Origin: Eledone cirrhosa
Taxonomy: Eukaryota
Assembly (NCBI GenBank): GCA_964016885.1
Contig: OZ024741.1
Location: 80,600,001-80,664,000, forward strand
Direction of reading: 5' to 3'
Length of the DNA: 64,000 bases
Each line of letters starts with the position of its first letter. Position 1 is the stretch's first letter. Below are positions 43,891-56,664 of the stretch, in pieces. A model generated the notes under the pieces. That model did no database searches. It was given only the letters and a program-made list of their open reading frames with translations, and was not told the DNA's origin. The translations under genes and the position numbers were made by a program.

Positions 43891-44400
43891 GACTCCTCCA
43901 CCTTACTGTTCCACCACCAAGTTACTCTCCTCCTCCCTATAGGTCTGCTCCAGCCTCAGATTTCATCTGTCGCCTTCAGCAGGTTAGCTTTGTCAAAAGC
44001 ATCAAGTAATATGATTTTAAATTTATTACTGGCTGTGGTGTCCTTTAACTTCCATATTTTTCTCCTAAGGATAGTCCTCCTCTGTTGTCGAATACGTCTC
44101 GTCCTGACTATGAGGTCGCTAACTATGAGGCTATGTTGGGAGGTGCATTCTTCATGGGGGAGGGATTTAGTGTTTACAACAGACACTCTGTCTTGTCTTC
44201 TGGTAAGGATATAATCTATCTGACTGGCGTGTTCCCCTGATCTATAGGTGATCAAGTGATTGTCTCGTATTTTGAAGTTTGTGTTACAGATAGTTAGATT
44301 ATTTGCGTCACAGAATTTCAGGATTCTGGAGCCTTCCTCATTTCTAGTACCAAACCCATAGCCTCCATGGATTCCGTCATAGGTTGTCCAACGTGACCAT
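43891..44400 (-). mobile_element. Inverted internal RTE family B fragment (endonuclease end and linker)
   Basis: ITYRSGEHASQIDYIL...TSQHSLIVSDL; homologous to ~42500-43068 but diverged, with deletions. Confidence 0.88.
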
Positions 44401-44526
44401 ATATGTATATATATGTATATTTATGTGATTACGTATATATATATATATATATATATGCATATTTATATGTGATTACATATATATATTTATGTGATTATAT
44501 ATATATATATGTATATTTATGTGATT

Positions 44527-44562
<36 letters not shown>

Positions 44563-44893
44563 GTGATTATGTAGATAAATCTACCAAAAGTTTACGGTAG
44601 TGTCCAATCCGTATGAAGAACTCAATGTAATCTGGATATCATGGAAAGAAGAGATGCATTCAAAAATCACTTTCGGTGAAAGATAAACGGAATACAGAGT
44701 CAAGATAAAATATTAAAAAAATAATGAATAAAACAAAGAAACAGTAGATACATTTTTCTAAATATGCCGAGTTTGACACTCTCTTTTAATTACTTACTCC
44801 CTTACCTCCTTTAATTCTGCATCTAAATGTGTGTTGGGCGTGTTTATGTGAGCGCCTCAATATCCATATAGTTATAATAATAATATATACGTA

Positions 44894-44924
<31 letters not shown>

Positions 44925-45638
44925 TCGTATGTGTGTGTTTATGTATATATACGTGTGTGTGTATGCATGTATGTATATGTGTGTATATATGTATGTATAT
45001 GTATATTTTGTCTGTAGATTATAAACATGCAGATACATTAGCCCTAAATTTTTATATTTACATTCACTTTTTCAACATGCTTATGCATATGAACATACAA
45101 TTTTATGCATATCTGTGAACGAATTTACTTACATATATACACACACCTAACTGTATTTTCTTGATGAATTTTTATGTATTTCATTGGTCTATTTAAAATC
45201 TGTTCCCAAACAGACCTGTAATTTTGAATTGTTGTTATTATCAATAAATATACTTCATTATTTCTGAAGACAGCATATATATGTGATGGTATGTATATTC
45301 TCCTTGATAGTTTGTATAATTTTGTACATAGATCTTTTGAATATGCATGCCAATTCTAACACATATATGTCCTAGAAACGATCGTAAAATAATGAACTAT
45401 TTTTGTTTAATATAAGGAACTGTTTCTTTGTTTTATTCATTATTTTTTTAATATTTTATGTGATTATGTATATATATATATGCATATTTATATGTGTGTG
45501 TATATATGTGATTATGTATATATGTATATGTATATTTATATGTGTGTGTGTATATATGTGATTATGTATATATATATATGTATATTTATATATGTGTGTA
45601 TATATATATATGTGATTATGTATATATTTATGTATATT

Positions 45639-45675
<37 letters not shown>

Positions 45676-45761
45676 TTATGTATATATTTATGTATATTTA
45701 TATGTGTGTATATATATATATATTTATGTATATTTATGTGTGTATATATATATGTGATTAT

Positions 45762-45793
<32 letters not shown>

Positions 45794-45794
45794 T

Positions 45795-46228
45795 TATGCA
45801 AAGTTTTATTTAAATTGTTGGGTTACGAGTAAATATTTATAACTGATATAAAAGCACTCAACAAGTATTTGGAGTATATTTACGATATTAAATAAATGGA
45901 AACTATATTTATAAAACCATATTTATTTCATTATATATATTTCAGGGATATCATATTAAAAATATGGTATCCCTTCATCAGACAAAATACAATATAAACA
46001 GTCTTATAAATAGATAGATTTGACATACCTTACACTTCAACTTCCATTTAAAAAGTTGATTTGGTAGTGAAAAATGTTAGGGACAGTTATAGAGAAAAAA
46101 GAAAGAAAGAAAGCGAAGAAAAAGAAGAAATGCATGCAACGAAAAACAGAGAGAGATAGATATAGATAGAGAGAAGAAATTCATGTAAAGAAAAAACAGA
46201 GAGAGATAGATAGAGAAAAAACAGAGGG

Positions 46229-46259
<31 letters not shown>

Positions 46260-46455
46260 AAAAATTAACTTACTCATTAAGAGTATGGGGGTAGTAGAGA
46301 AGACTATCATCCACCAAAAATTTAGCACAAAATATTAATAGAATAAATAATAGGAATTTAAAACCTAGCCAAAATACCGATAATAGCCTAAATAATATCC
46401 AAGTAAACAAATGTAACTGTAGAGATAGATCTAAATGTCCGTTAAATAACAATTA
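45795..46455. mobile_element. Family P2 arm (hammerhead on minus strand) joined to a PLE ORF linker fragment on plus strand (~46307-46455)
   Basis: 45795-46030 matches 7205-7440; plus-strand translation STKNLAQNINRINN...NKCNCRDRSKCPLNN resembles the PLE RT-to-GIY-YIG linker. Confidence 0.72.
45925..45988 (-). ncRNA. Type I hammerhead motif with canonical CUGAUGA core (family P2)
   Basis: AUUUUGU-CUGAUGA-AGGGAUACCAUAUU(uuu)AAUAUGAUAUCCCU-GAAA-UAUAUA-UA-AUGAAAU. Confidence 0.8.
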
Positions 46456-47017
46456 AGGAAATAATTTTTTCTGTGATTAATAAAAACTGTCATCATTTTT
46501 GATGAGACACGCATTCTTGTCATTGTAATAAGGATTCTATCCCTGGGATTATATTTCGTCTTCTTTTTCAGTCATTTGTTTCTTTTTCTACTTTTTTCTC
46601 TTTTCTGTTGACCTTTTGTTTTCCCCACTTAGCTGGACTTTCAATGTTGATAATTTGTTCTATTTATGAAAATATATTGATTTTTGCTACACAGTGAAAC
46701 ATGTCAAGGTGTTTCCATTTCCTTCCCTTTATGTTTCTACCACCCACAGATCTTTAGATTTCTTGATCTGCTGATCATTAATTAATACAGTCTCTATCCT
46801 TCTGTTACCAGTTCTTATATAATGATTATTTACTAGAAATCATTTTAAAAATACATACATATGTACATATATGTTGACAAGGTTATAGTATCAACTATAA
46901 TCTCGCTTGCACACTTTACTCACTCAATGAATTATGGAATGAACTTGTAAGGAACAAAACCTCTTTCAGAGTGCTTACACAGTGTATGTTTGAAATGTGG
47001 CATGTGCACCTAATGTG

Positions 47018-47050
<33 letters not shown>

Positions 47051-47051
47051 T

Positions 47052-47345
47052 GCAAAACACATGATTTAGTGGTTATAGTGTTCAGCTCACAGTCGCAAGG
47101 TCATGAATTCAATTCCAACTGGTTTGTTGCGTACTATTTCAGCTCCAGTTTATTCAGGTAGCAAAAATGACTTGCACCTGTAATTCAAAGAGCCAACCAC
47201 ATGCCTCTTTGAATCTCCCTGAGAACTATGTTGACGATATACATGTCTGTGGAATGTTCTGCCACTTGCACATTAATTTCATGAGCAGCCTGTTCTATTG
47301 ATTGAATCAACTGGAGCATTTACTGTCGGAAATGATGGAAGTTCA
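47052..47345 (+). mobile_element. Degenerate tRNA-head SINE
   Basis: ATGATTTAGTGGTTATAG A-box-like and GAATTCAATTCC B-box-like; related head at 59065-59270. Confidence 0.5.
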
Positions 47346-47790
47346 ACACACAGACACAGACGGACAGACAGAGAGAGAGAGATGTGTAAAACCCTGACTG
47401 CAGCGCCAAGCGCTTTCGGTTTGTGGTTCAGCAAGCCTTTTCACGGGTGTAGTAATATCTGCATGGTATTAAAAATAGATCACTGGTCTTGGTAGCGCCT
47501 TGGTTGAGTATACATATATTGAATATATATGTGTGTGTATATGTATATGCACATGTTTGTGTATATTGTATGCGTATATGTGCCAGTATATGTATGTGTA
47601 TGTATCTATTTGTGAGCACATACGAAAAGATGCGCATACATGCACACACGTGTATGTGCGTATACATGTGTGTATAATTTTTATACACTATATCTTTGTT
47701 TACACATGTATCCACCCCGGCCAGTCCATACTTATGTAAGAGCCTCAATCTGAAAACATTACTATTAATGTTCTCATTATTATAACACAA

Positions 47791-48063
47791 TGGCCGTGGA
47801 TTGGCAGTATCGGTAGAGGGTCAGACGCCATGCTTTCCAGCATAGTTACGTCCCTTTACGATCTGAGTTCAAATCCCGCCGAGGTTGACTTTGCCTTTCA
47901 TCCTTACGGGGTCGATAAAATAAAGTACCAGTAATGAACTGGTGATTGCTGGCCTTGTGGCTAAAGTAGAAACAATTATTATAACACTCTGGGGTTGATT
48001 TAATTGACTTCCCCCTTCCCTTCAAATTGCTGGCCTTGTGCCTAAAGTAGAAACAATTATTAT
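47791..48063 (+). mobile_element. Nin/Deu-like tRNA SINE with duplicated tail
   Basis: GAGTTCAAATCC; GCCTTTCATCCTTACGGGGTCGATAAAATAAAGTACCAG; two GGCCTTGTG.CTAAAGTAGAAACAATT ends. Confidence 0.78.
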
Positions 48064-48521
48064 TAATATTACTTCTACTATTATTAATACCTTCAGTTTT
48101 TTTGTTTAAGCATTTTACTGTTATTTACATATTTTCCATACATGGTGGCTGGAAGTCATTCGGCTATTCTAAAAAGAATATTAGTCTCCTCATTTTTTTT
48201 CATAGCAAAAACATGTTTTTTCCATAGCAAGAATTTGTTTGTCTTGCTCCACATAATGACGTAATCATTCTTGCATATATTTCGCCCATCTCAAGTGAAT
48301 GTCTTCACGTACTACCTTTATGTCTTCCTGTTTTCTAAAGACAATATTTGGTTGTAACTTTTTTCAAAATATCTACTTCTGCATCTATAGATTAATTTTT
48401 CTCAGTTTCAGAAGATCCTGATTGAATGAAAGCAGAAATTCTTTGCTTAAACTTTAATCTGTACTAATAATAAATATTTGCTCTATGGGTTTATATATAC
48501 TTTATATATATATATATATAT

Positions 48522-50100
48522 GTCAAGAGTGTCTCGGACAGTATCTCCGTGTCCACCAATAAGGAGATCTTCGATAGCAACGCAGAGTATTATAACGCAG
48601 GTCTAAATAGGGTGGCGCATGGCCAAACTATATCTTATAATCCGAGGCACCATGATAGGGATAGCCCATCGGATCCCCCGACCGACAGTATCTGGGAGGG
48701 GGGGGGGGGGGGCGACCCTAACAGTACAGGCAGAGTGTAAACCACTAAACCCCATGAACCCGACACCACCACATTAGCAAAAAGGATCCGTACGCCTAGC
48801 CATGGGAGGAAACCCAGTATGTGGAGTGGTCTCAGGGGTGATACTAACCACCCCGGGCCAGACGCCCCCAACTGCAAGACATGAAGCGGGACGAATGGAG
48901 GATCATCCCATTGTAGAACTCTGTGTGGGCAACAACCACCCCACAGGTACGGGCCGGGAACCTAGCAAAACACATAGCGCCCACAGGGGAAGCAACAATG
49001 CGGGAACCATTAGCAACCCAACAACTCCCCAACAGCCCACAACACGCTCAACCCACCCACATAGGAATAGACGTAGAAAAATCACATGGTACAACCCACC
49101 TTGGTACAACCCACCCTACTCAGCGGCCCTAAAAAACAGCCTAGCCTGGTCATTCTTTAGAGCACTAGATAAATGCTTCCCGAGGGACCATAGATACCAC
49201 AAGATCTTCAACAGACACACCGTGAAGCTCTCGCATTCTACCACGCGTAACATAGCCCAGCACATAACCAGCGACTTAGAAACTACACACAACTAGAAGC
49301 TGGCAACATAAGCACCCAGCAGAGCCATGTGGAGGGAAGGAAGGGTGGACCCGGTATCCACCCTGGGAACCCAGACAGACCCAGGGACACCCCACCGAGC
49401 CCAGGAGAAGACCACCCTATAATATGCAACGGGAACCCCACATTAGGTACTCGGGGGTCGACCACCTCCTGCAACTCGACCATCCCCTTAGTGATGGTCG
49501 ACCACCTCCTGCAACTCGACCATCCCCTTAGTGATGAATGCCCCAGGAAGAACTTAATATACGGATGTAGAGTAAAACCCTCCAACTCTGAGCACCTTTA
49601 CATAGGAGCCATATCAACGAGCTTCAAAGACAGATGGTATAACCATCGCCATTCCTTAATAGGGAGGACAAAAGGAAAAGTATGGCTCTTTCCGAACTGA
49701 TCTGGAAGCTCAAGCTGGACAGGACCCCGTACTTTCTGGCCTGGTCCCAAATCAGGAAAGTACCACCTGATAGAGGGGGATCTGGCATCTGCAAACTATG
49801 TCTGAGCGAGACCCTCGAGATACTCAGCGGTGGAAGCAGCCTAATAAACCTCAGGACCGACTTCTTCGGTACATGTAGACACCTCAAGGCTGGGACCTTC
49901 CTCAAGCTATATGGACAATAACAACACATTGGGATGGGAACTTCCCTCAAACTATAGGGACAATAGCCCCGCCACACCGAGCCCAAGGTAAACCACCCCC
50001 AACACACTCACCACTTCTACTCCCACCTCGATCGACTCCTATAGCAACACATACTTATACATATGTCCATACATAGATACTGTTGTTTAAAATTATACAT
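48522..50100 (+). mobile_element. 5'-truncated Penelope-like element: post-RT region and GIY-YIG endonuclease, pseudogenised
   Basis: RRRKITWYNPPYS..FFRALDKCFPRDHRYHKIFNRHTVKLSHS; LIYGCRV..LYIGAISTSFKDRWYNH; ALSELIWKLK..CKLCLSE..LINLRTDFFGTCRH. Confidence 0.87.
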
Positions 50101-50123
50101 ACATAGACACTTACATATATGTG

Positions 50124-50465
50124 TATCATCATCATCATCATCATTTTATGTCCGCTTTTCCCTGCTTGCAAGGGTGGGACGGGAACTGATTCTGGCTTGA
50201 TTTCTACAGCTGGATGCCCTTCCTAACATCAACCTCATTTACAGTGAGTGCTGGGTGCTTTTTTCCGTGGCGCCTACACGTCCACTTTACAGTGGAATGA
50301 TAGGGACCCCAGACCCTATCATCTCATTTCTACAGCTGAGTAAACTGGAACAACGTGAAATAAAGTGTCTTGCTCAAGGAAACAACACATCACCCGGTCT
50401 GAGAATTGAACTCACAAACTTTCAATTGCAAGCCCAATGCTCTAACCACTAAGCCATGTGCCTCC
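50124..50465 (-). mobile_element. tRNA-head SINE with chimeric RTE tail and (GAT)n
   Basis: Minus strand TGGCTTAGTGG A-box and GAGTTCAATTC B-box, CCTTGAGCAAGACACTT core, then family-A 3' UTR and family-C terminus. Confidence 0.8.
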
Positions 50466-50477
50466 ATGTATATATAC

Positions 50478-50510
<33 letters not shown>

Positions 50511-50511
<1 letters not shown>

Positions 50512-52725
50512 CATCATTATCATCATGATGATCGTTTAACGTCCATCTTCCACGCTTGCATGGGTTTGGACGGGAATTTTCCCACTTGAGGCAAGATTGG
50601 TTGTCGTGCTCGTATAGGACTGTCTGGCGGGTTTTCTATGGCTGGATGCCCTTCCTAACACCGACCACATTTACAGTGTGGACTGGGAGGTTTTTACCGT
50701 GTTACCTACACGGCCACATTACAGCGTGGACTGTGTGTTTTTTTTTCTCGTGACACCTACACGACCTCATTTATTTTGGACTGGATGTTGTGGTACCAAC
50801 ATAACTTTGCATTGAAAGGGATGGGGTGGGGATAGTGGGACGGGGGTGTATTTTTCTTAGAGGTGCCTACTGACTGTAGGTTTCGCTTTGTACTTAGGCA
50901 AGGCGGGTCTTCTGTGTTACTGTGTAGCGCCAAAGATCTCGGTCCAGTGACATTGTCTTGGAGAGGCGTAAGTGTGTGAGGTCGGAATTTATCAAGTCAT
51001 CCCAGGTTTTGCTGGGTCTGCTACTCTGTGGCTACCGTCTATTTTTATCGCCCTGCACTTTTTTATACAGCTGTCATCTTTCATGCGTATCAAGTGACCG
51101 TACCGACGTAGTCTTCTCTCGAGTAAACAACATCTGATCCCTCTTATTCCTAATTTCTCCGTTAGTTCGTTTATGCTTTGCCGTTCACGTATATTACTAT
51201 TACACATCCAGCGAAGCATGCAAGCTTCATTCCTCTCCAGTCTGCGAATATCCTCTGCACACAATGCCCAAGTCTCACTGCCATGTAACATTGCTGTTCG
51301 TATGCAGGCATCATACAGCCTGCCTTTCATTTTTAGAGAGAACCCTTTAGTGGCCAATAGTGGTATAAGCTCTCTGAACTTTTTCCATCCCGTTCGGACT
51401 CTAGCTACTGTACTTTCGGAGCACCCTCCACCACTGCTGATTTTGTCACCCAGGTAACGGAAGGTGTCCACTATTTCTATAGAACCATCTGTGCAATGGA
51501 ATGAGCTAGTATTCTGTGGGCAGTTGCTGCTACTTATTGCACCTGAGCACCGGCTACATATAAAATCTATATTCTTAGTTAGCTTACCCGTGATCCCACT
51601 ACATCTTTTATGCACCCATACTTTGCATTTGGGACATAAAATGGAGTTTCTGCCTACTCCTTTCCGACACACTGTACATGGCCATTTCCCAGATGGGACC
51701 GGTGCCCTATTTTCCTTCCTACAAACTAGAACTTTAGTCTTAGACAGGTTAATTTTAAGGCCTTTTGATTCTAGGCTATGCTTCCATGTTTGCAATTTCT
51801 TTAGTTCAGCCATTGATTCAGCTATGAGCGTTAGATCATCTGCGTATAGGAGTTCCCATGGGCAGTCGGTCTTGAACTCCTCTGTTATAGCCTGAAGGGC
51901 AATAATAAATAGTATGGGGCTAAGAACGGAGCCCTGATGAACACCAACTTTTACGCTAAACTCTTCACTATATTCGTTGTTAATTCTAACCTTGCTGACT
52001 GTTTCTTTATACATGGCTTGTATAGATATCACAAGCCATTCATCAACACCTAGTTTTCTAAGAGCCCAACAGATCATGGAGCGGGGGACTCTGTCAAAGG
52101 CTTTCTACAAGTCAACAAAAGCTAAGTATAGGGGTTTACTTTTAGCTAGGTACTTCTCCTGTAGTTGTCGTACAATGAAAAGAGCGTCTGTGGTACTTTT
52201 ACCTGACACAAACCCGAACTGCATTTCATCTAGATCAATTCGCTCTCTGATTAGTTGCGCTATTACTTTTTCTGTGACCTTCATGACTTGGTCAATTAAT
52301 TTAATGCCTCTATAGTTACCCCAATCTAGGGCATCTCCTTTACCCTTGTAGCAGTTAATGATGATGCTGCTACGCCAGTCCTTCGGAACGACCCCATTCT
52401 GTATGACTTGGTTTACTATCCGGGTGACCATAGTGTGTCCCACCGTTCCAGATGCTTTCAGCATTTCAGCAACTATTTCCGAAGGCCCAGCCGCCTTACC
52501 CGTCTTCATATCTTTGATTGCCTTACTTATTATACTACCTTCAACTTGCACTGCTGGTCCCTCTATTGGATCGATGTGGGGGTAGACTGTCTTTTTCCCA
52601 TTCATTCTCCTCATTTAGTAGCCTTTCGTAGTGACACTTCCAAGCTACCTTCTTATCAGCGTCAGTGATGGCAAGTACACCATCATCATTAAGGACACAC
52701 TTCTCCTCGACAATATCACGGTTTT
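50511..52725 (-). mobile_element. 5'-truncated RTE family B (diverged variant) with RT and PHD insert
   Basis: ORFs 52105-52614 and 50992-52077; (CAT)n at left. Confidence 0.92.
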
Positions 52726-53628
52726 ATATATATATGGGGTGCACCTGAGCCTGTGTTTGTACGTGTATGCTTGCAACGATGTGCGTTGACATACACGCAT
52801 ATGTACTTTATGCGGAAATAGGAATTGCATTCCTTTGCATTTCCGGATTTTGACACTCAGGATTTTGGTGTTTTACACTCCACTTTTATCTCATTTGCTC
52901 TTAAAACACACCACTTGAGAAAATAAGAATTGTAATTCTTTACACTTCTCGATTCTGACACACACGTTTTCTACTTCAGTTAATATTTTTCAAATCTTTC
53001 AAAATTTGGATATTGGTTGTAACACACACATTTTTTTTTTTTTAAATTTGTTTGGCACCCCCCACCACGTGAAATGGTGGCAGGATAGATGCCAACATAC
53101 ACACACAAATTCTTCAGAACATAGCAGCAGCACACTCAAGCTGACCTGCCAGTTGACCCCTTAACACCACTACCAACACAATGGAGGAGGTCAGCTGTAC
53201 TTAAACAACTACAACAGATTGTCTTGCCTCAGAAAAATTTCTATAGACTTTTGACTGAGGAATATTCTCACAACTGACCAATGGGATGCGAGCGTGTCCT
53301 ATGACGCCGAAATTCAGTTCCTCAGTAGAATAACGACACAACCAGGAGCTGGACATATCGACGTATTGACGGAGTAAAACACACTTCAACAATATGTGTA
53401 CCTGTCTTTCCCACACCAATTCGGACTGCCTGAAGAGGTCACAGCCAATGATGGCTGACACTGAAATGAATATAGCAGTATATCTATAATTTATAATAAA
53501 CGAAGCCAAATTTTACATATTTGACTTAATTATTTTATACACACACACACACACTCCTTATCGAGCCTCCTTCGGATTTTGGTCTTTGTATTTATTATTA
53601 CTATACATATATATATATATATATAATA

Positions 53629-53819
53629 TAATTGTTTCTACGTTTGGCACAAGGCCAGCAATTACCCAGTCCATTACTGGTACTTTATTTTATCGACCCC
53701 GTAAGGATGAAAGGCAAAGTTAACCTCGGCGGGATTTGAACTCAGAATGGCAAGGGCCGTAACTCTATATGTCAAAGCATGGCGTCTGACCCTCTACCGA
53801 TACTGCCAATCCACCGCCC
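53629..53819 (-). mobile_element. Nin/Deu-like tRNA SINE
   Basis: Reverse complement of the 54773-54965 type. Confidence 0.8.
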
Positions 53820-53835
53820 TCTAATATATATATAT

Positions 53836-54207
53836 ATCATCATCATCGTTTAACGTCTGTATTCCACGCTTGCATGGGTTTGGACGGGAGTTTTCCCACT
53901 TGAGGCAAGAGTGGTTGTCTTGCTCACATAGGACTGTCTGACTTTCTACGGCTGGATGCCCTTCCTAACACCAACCACATTTACAGTGTGGAACTGGGAA
54001 GTTTTTACCGTGTTACCTACACGGCCACATTACAGCGTGAACTGTGTTTTTTTTGTCGTGACACCTACACGACCTCATTTGTTTCGGCCTGGATGTTGTG
54101 GTACCAACATAACTTTACATTGAAAGGGGCGGTATGGATGGAGTGGGGGTAGTGGGACGGGGGTATATTTTGTTAGAGGTGCCTACTGACTGTAGTAGGT
54201 TTTACTT
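53836..54207 (-). mobile_element. RTE family B 3' UTR
   Basis: (CAT)n and UTR match. Confidence 0.88.
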
Positions 54208-54241
54208 TATATATATTTATTTTATTTATTTATTTATTATT

Positions 54242-54748
54242 TTGTTATACTTTGGGAGGGTCATGTTGCCAATAAGAAACACACGCAGCAGTTGCTTTCA
54301 CTCAAATTTATTATAAATTTCTGGTTGGTTGGTTGGTTCCACAACCGGACGGTTGTTCATATATTGTCAAAGTTCTTTCGTCACACATTCTGTGACCTCT
54401 TCAGTGAATGGGGATTCTTCTCTGTGTTTTGTGCCTCTCCTACACCATATTCAAGATGGCATAGGACAGAACAAAAGAAAGGCACAAAACAAAGAGAAGA
54501 ATCCCCAGTCACTGAAGAGGTCACAGAATGTGTGACGAAAGAACTTTGACAATATATGAACAACCGTCTGGTTGTGGAACCAACCAACCAACCAGAAATT
54601 TATAAATTCAATTTATAATAAATTGGAGTAAAAGCAACTGGTGCGTGTGTTTCTTATTGGCAACATGACCCTCCCAAAGTATAACAATATCGGTTTCAAC
54701 ACACGTTTTCAGATAAAGAATCTTGCTAAACAAATTCAGAAACGAAAT
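54242..54748 (+). mobile_element. Fold-back element P3 (PLE-like): ~195-bp arms (54242-54436 / 54480-54687), 43-nt loop, ~60-nt extension
   Basis: Arms are reverse complements, each with a hammerhead motif. Confidence 0.78.
54508..54550 (+). ncRNA. Minimal type I hammerhead motif (mirror copy at 54366-54408, minus strand)
   Basis: GTCA-CTGAAGA-G-GTCACA(gaatg)TGTGAC-GAAA-GAAC-TT-TGAC. Confidence 0.7.
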
Positions 54749-54772
54749 AATATATTATTATATTATATATAA

Positions 54773-54965
54773 GGGTGGTGGATTGGCAGTATCGGTAGAG
54801 GGTCGGGCGCTATGGTTTGCAGCATAGTTACGTCCCTTTACGGACTAAAATTCAAATCCTGCTGAGGTTAACTTTGCCTTTCATCTTTACGGGGTCGATA
54901 AAATAAAGTACCAGTAATGCACTGGTTAATTGCTGGCCTTGTGCCAAAAGTAGAAACAATTATTA
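54773..54965 (+). mobile_element. Nin/Deu-like tRNA SINE
   Basis: Family consensus as above. Confidence 0.8.
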
Positions 54966-55989
54966 TATATATATATATATGGAACTGTAGCTGTCAGTAT
55001 TAATTAATAATTTATGTATGCAGTCTACTTATACCATGTTAGGAGAGATCAATATGTAAATAACGTATTTTATTGCACATAGATTGATTGTTTCTTTCTC
55101 ACTATACATAAATCTTTCTAGATGGCTAGGTACATTTTTATTGAAACGTTCAGTATGACAGTTTGATCTTTTTCTGTTCAGCAGGTTTTTACTCATCTAT
55201 TCAGGATAATCTTTTATTTAAAAAAAAACCCAGAAAGATATTTATCAACTTTAATATATATACTTAATTGTTTTAATTGGGTAAATGTTGTCTATAGCTC
55301 TGAGCAGACCACTGCCTTGTGAGTACATTTGTTAGATGAAAAATGAAGCCCATCGCATATATGTGTGTGTGTGTGTGTGTTTATATATATATAAATATCA
55401 CAATCATCTTCATCATCACTGTTAAACATTTATTTTCCATGCTTGCATGAGTTAGACAAGCTGTCACATACTGAAGCTTGACTAGTCAGGTGAATTTTGT
55501 TTGTGTGCTTCATTCTTGGCGTGGGCTTTAGGGATGGATGCCCTTCCTACTGCCAACCAATTTCTTGTGTGTGCATGCCTGTTTGTTTGTGTTTATATGT
55601 ATATGTGTGTGTGTGTATGTCTGTTTGTCTTCATGTCTTTACTTGACATTTAGTTTTGCTAGTGACAGCATTTGTTTGTCTTTCATAAACATAAGTCCCA
55701 TAGCTTGACATTCAATGATCAGTAATGTATTTAAAAAATACCAGGAGTTGACCTCAGGAAAGGCAACCTGTCTAAGGTTTTTTTCTATAAACAGTGACAA
55801 AGGCACAATCGTTACAAGCAGATTAGAGTTTTTATTGGAAGCTTATGTCCTCCTCCTTGCACTTGCGGTACAAGGAGGCATGAAAAGTGGTATCGCGATT
55901 GGCATGTATAAGATTAGTCAGCTGGAATTTGCAGCCAACATGGTACTAGTTAGGTGCCTAGGTCAGAGATAAGGGGGTTGCTCTCTTTG

Positions 55990-56245
55990 AATGGTGAGAT
56001 AACAGCTTTGATACTATGGATATGTGGTAAGAATGTCTAAGGAAAGAATCACTGGACATATTTTATGGACAAAACTATTGGAAGGAGACTCAGGGGTAGA
56101 TCTCAAACAAGATGGTTGGATAACATTCATGAGCTTGGCTCGTCTCACTTAGGCATCCAACCAGATCAATTGGAGATGGTTGCTTCTGACAAGACATGTT
56201 GGAAAGCGTGCTTGAGGATTTTCTGCATCAACCTTCCCAGGAATG
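55990..56245 (+). mobile_element. Decayed RTE-like family E 3' fragment
   Basis: YYGYVVRMSKERITGHIFMDKTIGRRLRGRSQTRWLDNI; homologous to 62480-62745. Confidence 0.68.
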
Positions 56246-56390
56246 AGGGAGGGGGGGGGGGGGGCGAAGAAGAAGAAGCTTATATTTCTACTGCCAATTA
56301 CTGGTATGATTTCAGAAACCTTAACTTTAGATGGAATCCGACATTAAGAGCTGTCTCCCTCTCACTCTAGTGCTACTACTACTTGTCATA

Positions 56391-56664
56391 TTAACACCTT
56401 TTGATACCAAACTGTCTCTGGTTCTGCAATACAAAGCTGTTTATTTTGTAATCATATTTACAATGAAATACACTGTATTTGAAGGTATTTACTAAAATAA
56501 TTCCATATTTCATTATTAAGATGGTACTTATAATATAATTTAACAAATAGTTCTGATGTCAAATTATGTTGGGAGGTATTAATTTAAACAGGAACCCTTT
56601 AAAATGAGTTGTTTGTTTCATAAAACCAGAGGTTATTTGGGGCAGGTTGTTATCAAAGGGTTAA
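56391..56664. mobile_element. piggyBac-like MITE (rearranged)
   Basis: TTAACACCTTTTGATACC ... GTTATCAAAGGGTTAA. Confidence 0.55.

Noticed and set aside
50350-50465. tRNA gene
   Set aside because: A/B boxes are present but no complete cloverleaf, and the sequence continues into a SINE body and LINE tail
53250-53335. Two opposed CTGAGGA motifs with short inverted repeats
   Set aside because: No correctly placed GAAA and helix III; not a hammerhead on my folding
54688-54720. Hammerhead-like CUGAAAA..GAAA-CCGA-UA on the minus strand of the P3 extension (also 2332-2362)
   Set aside because: No helix I pairing and the core differs between copies
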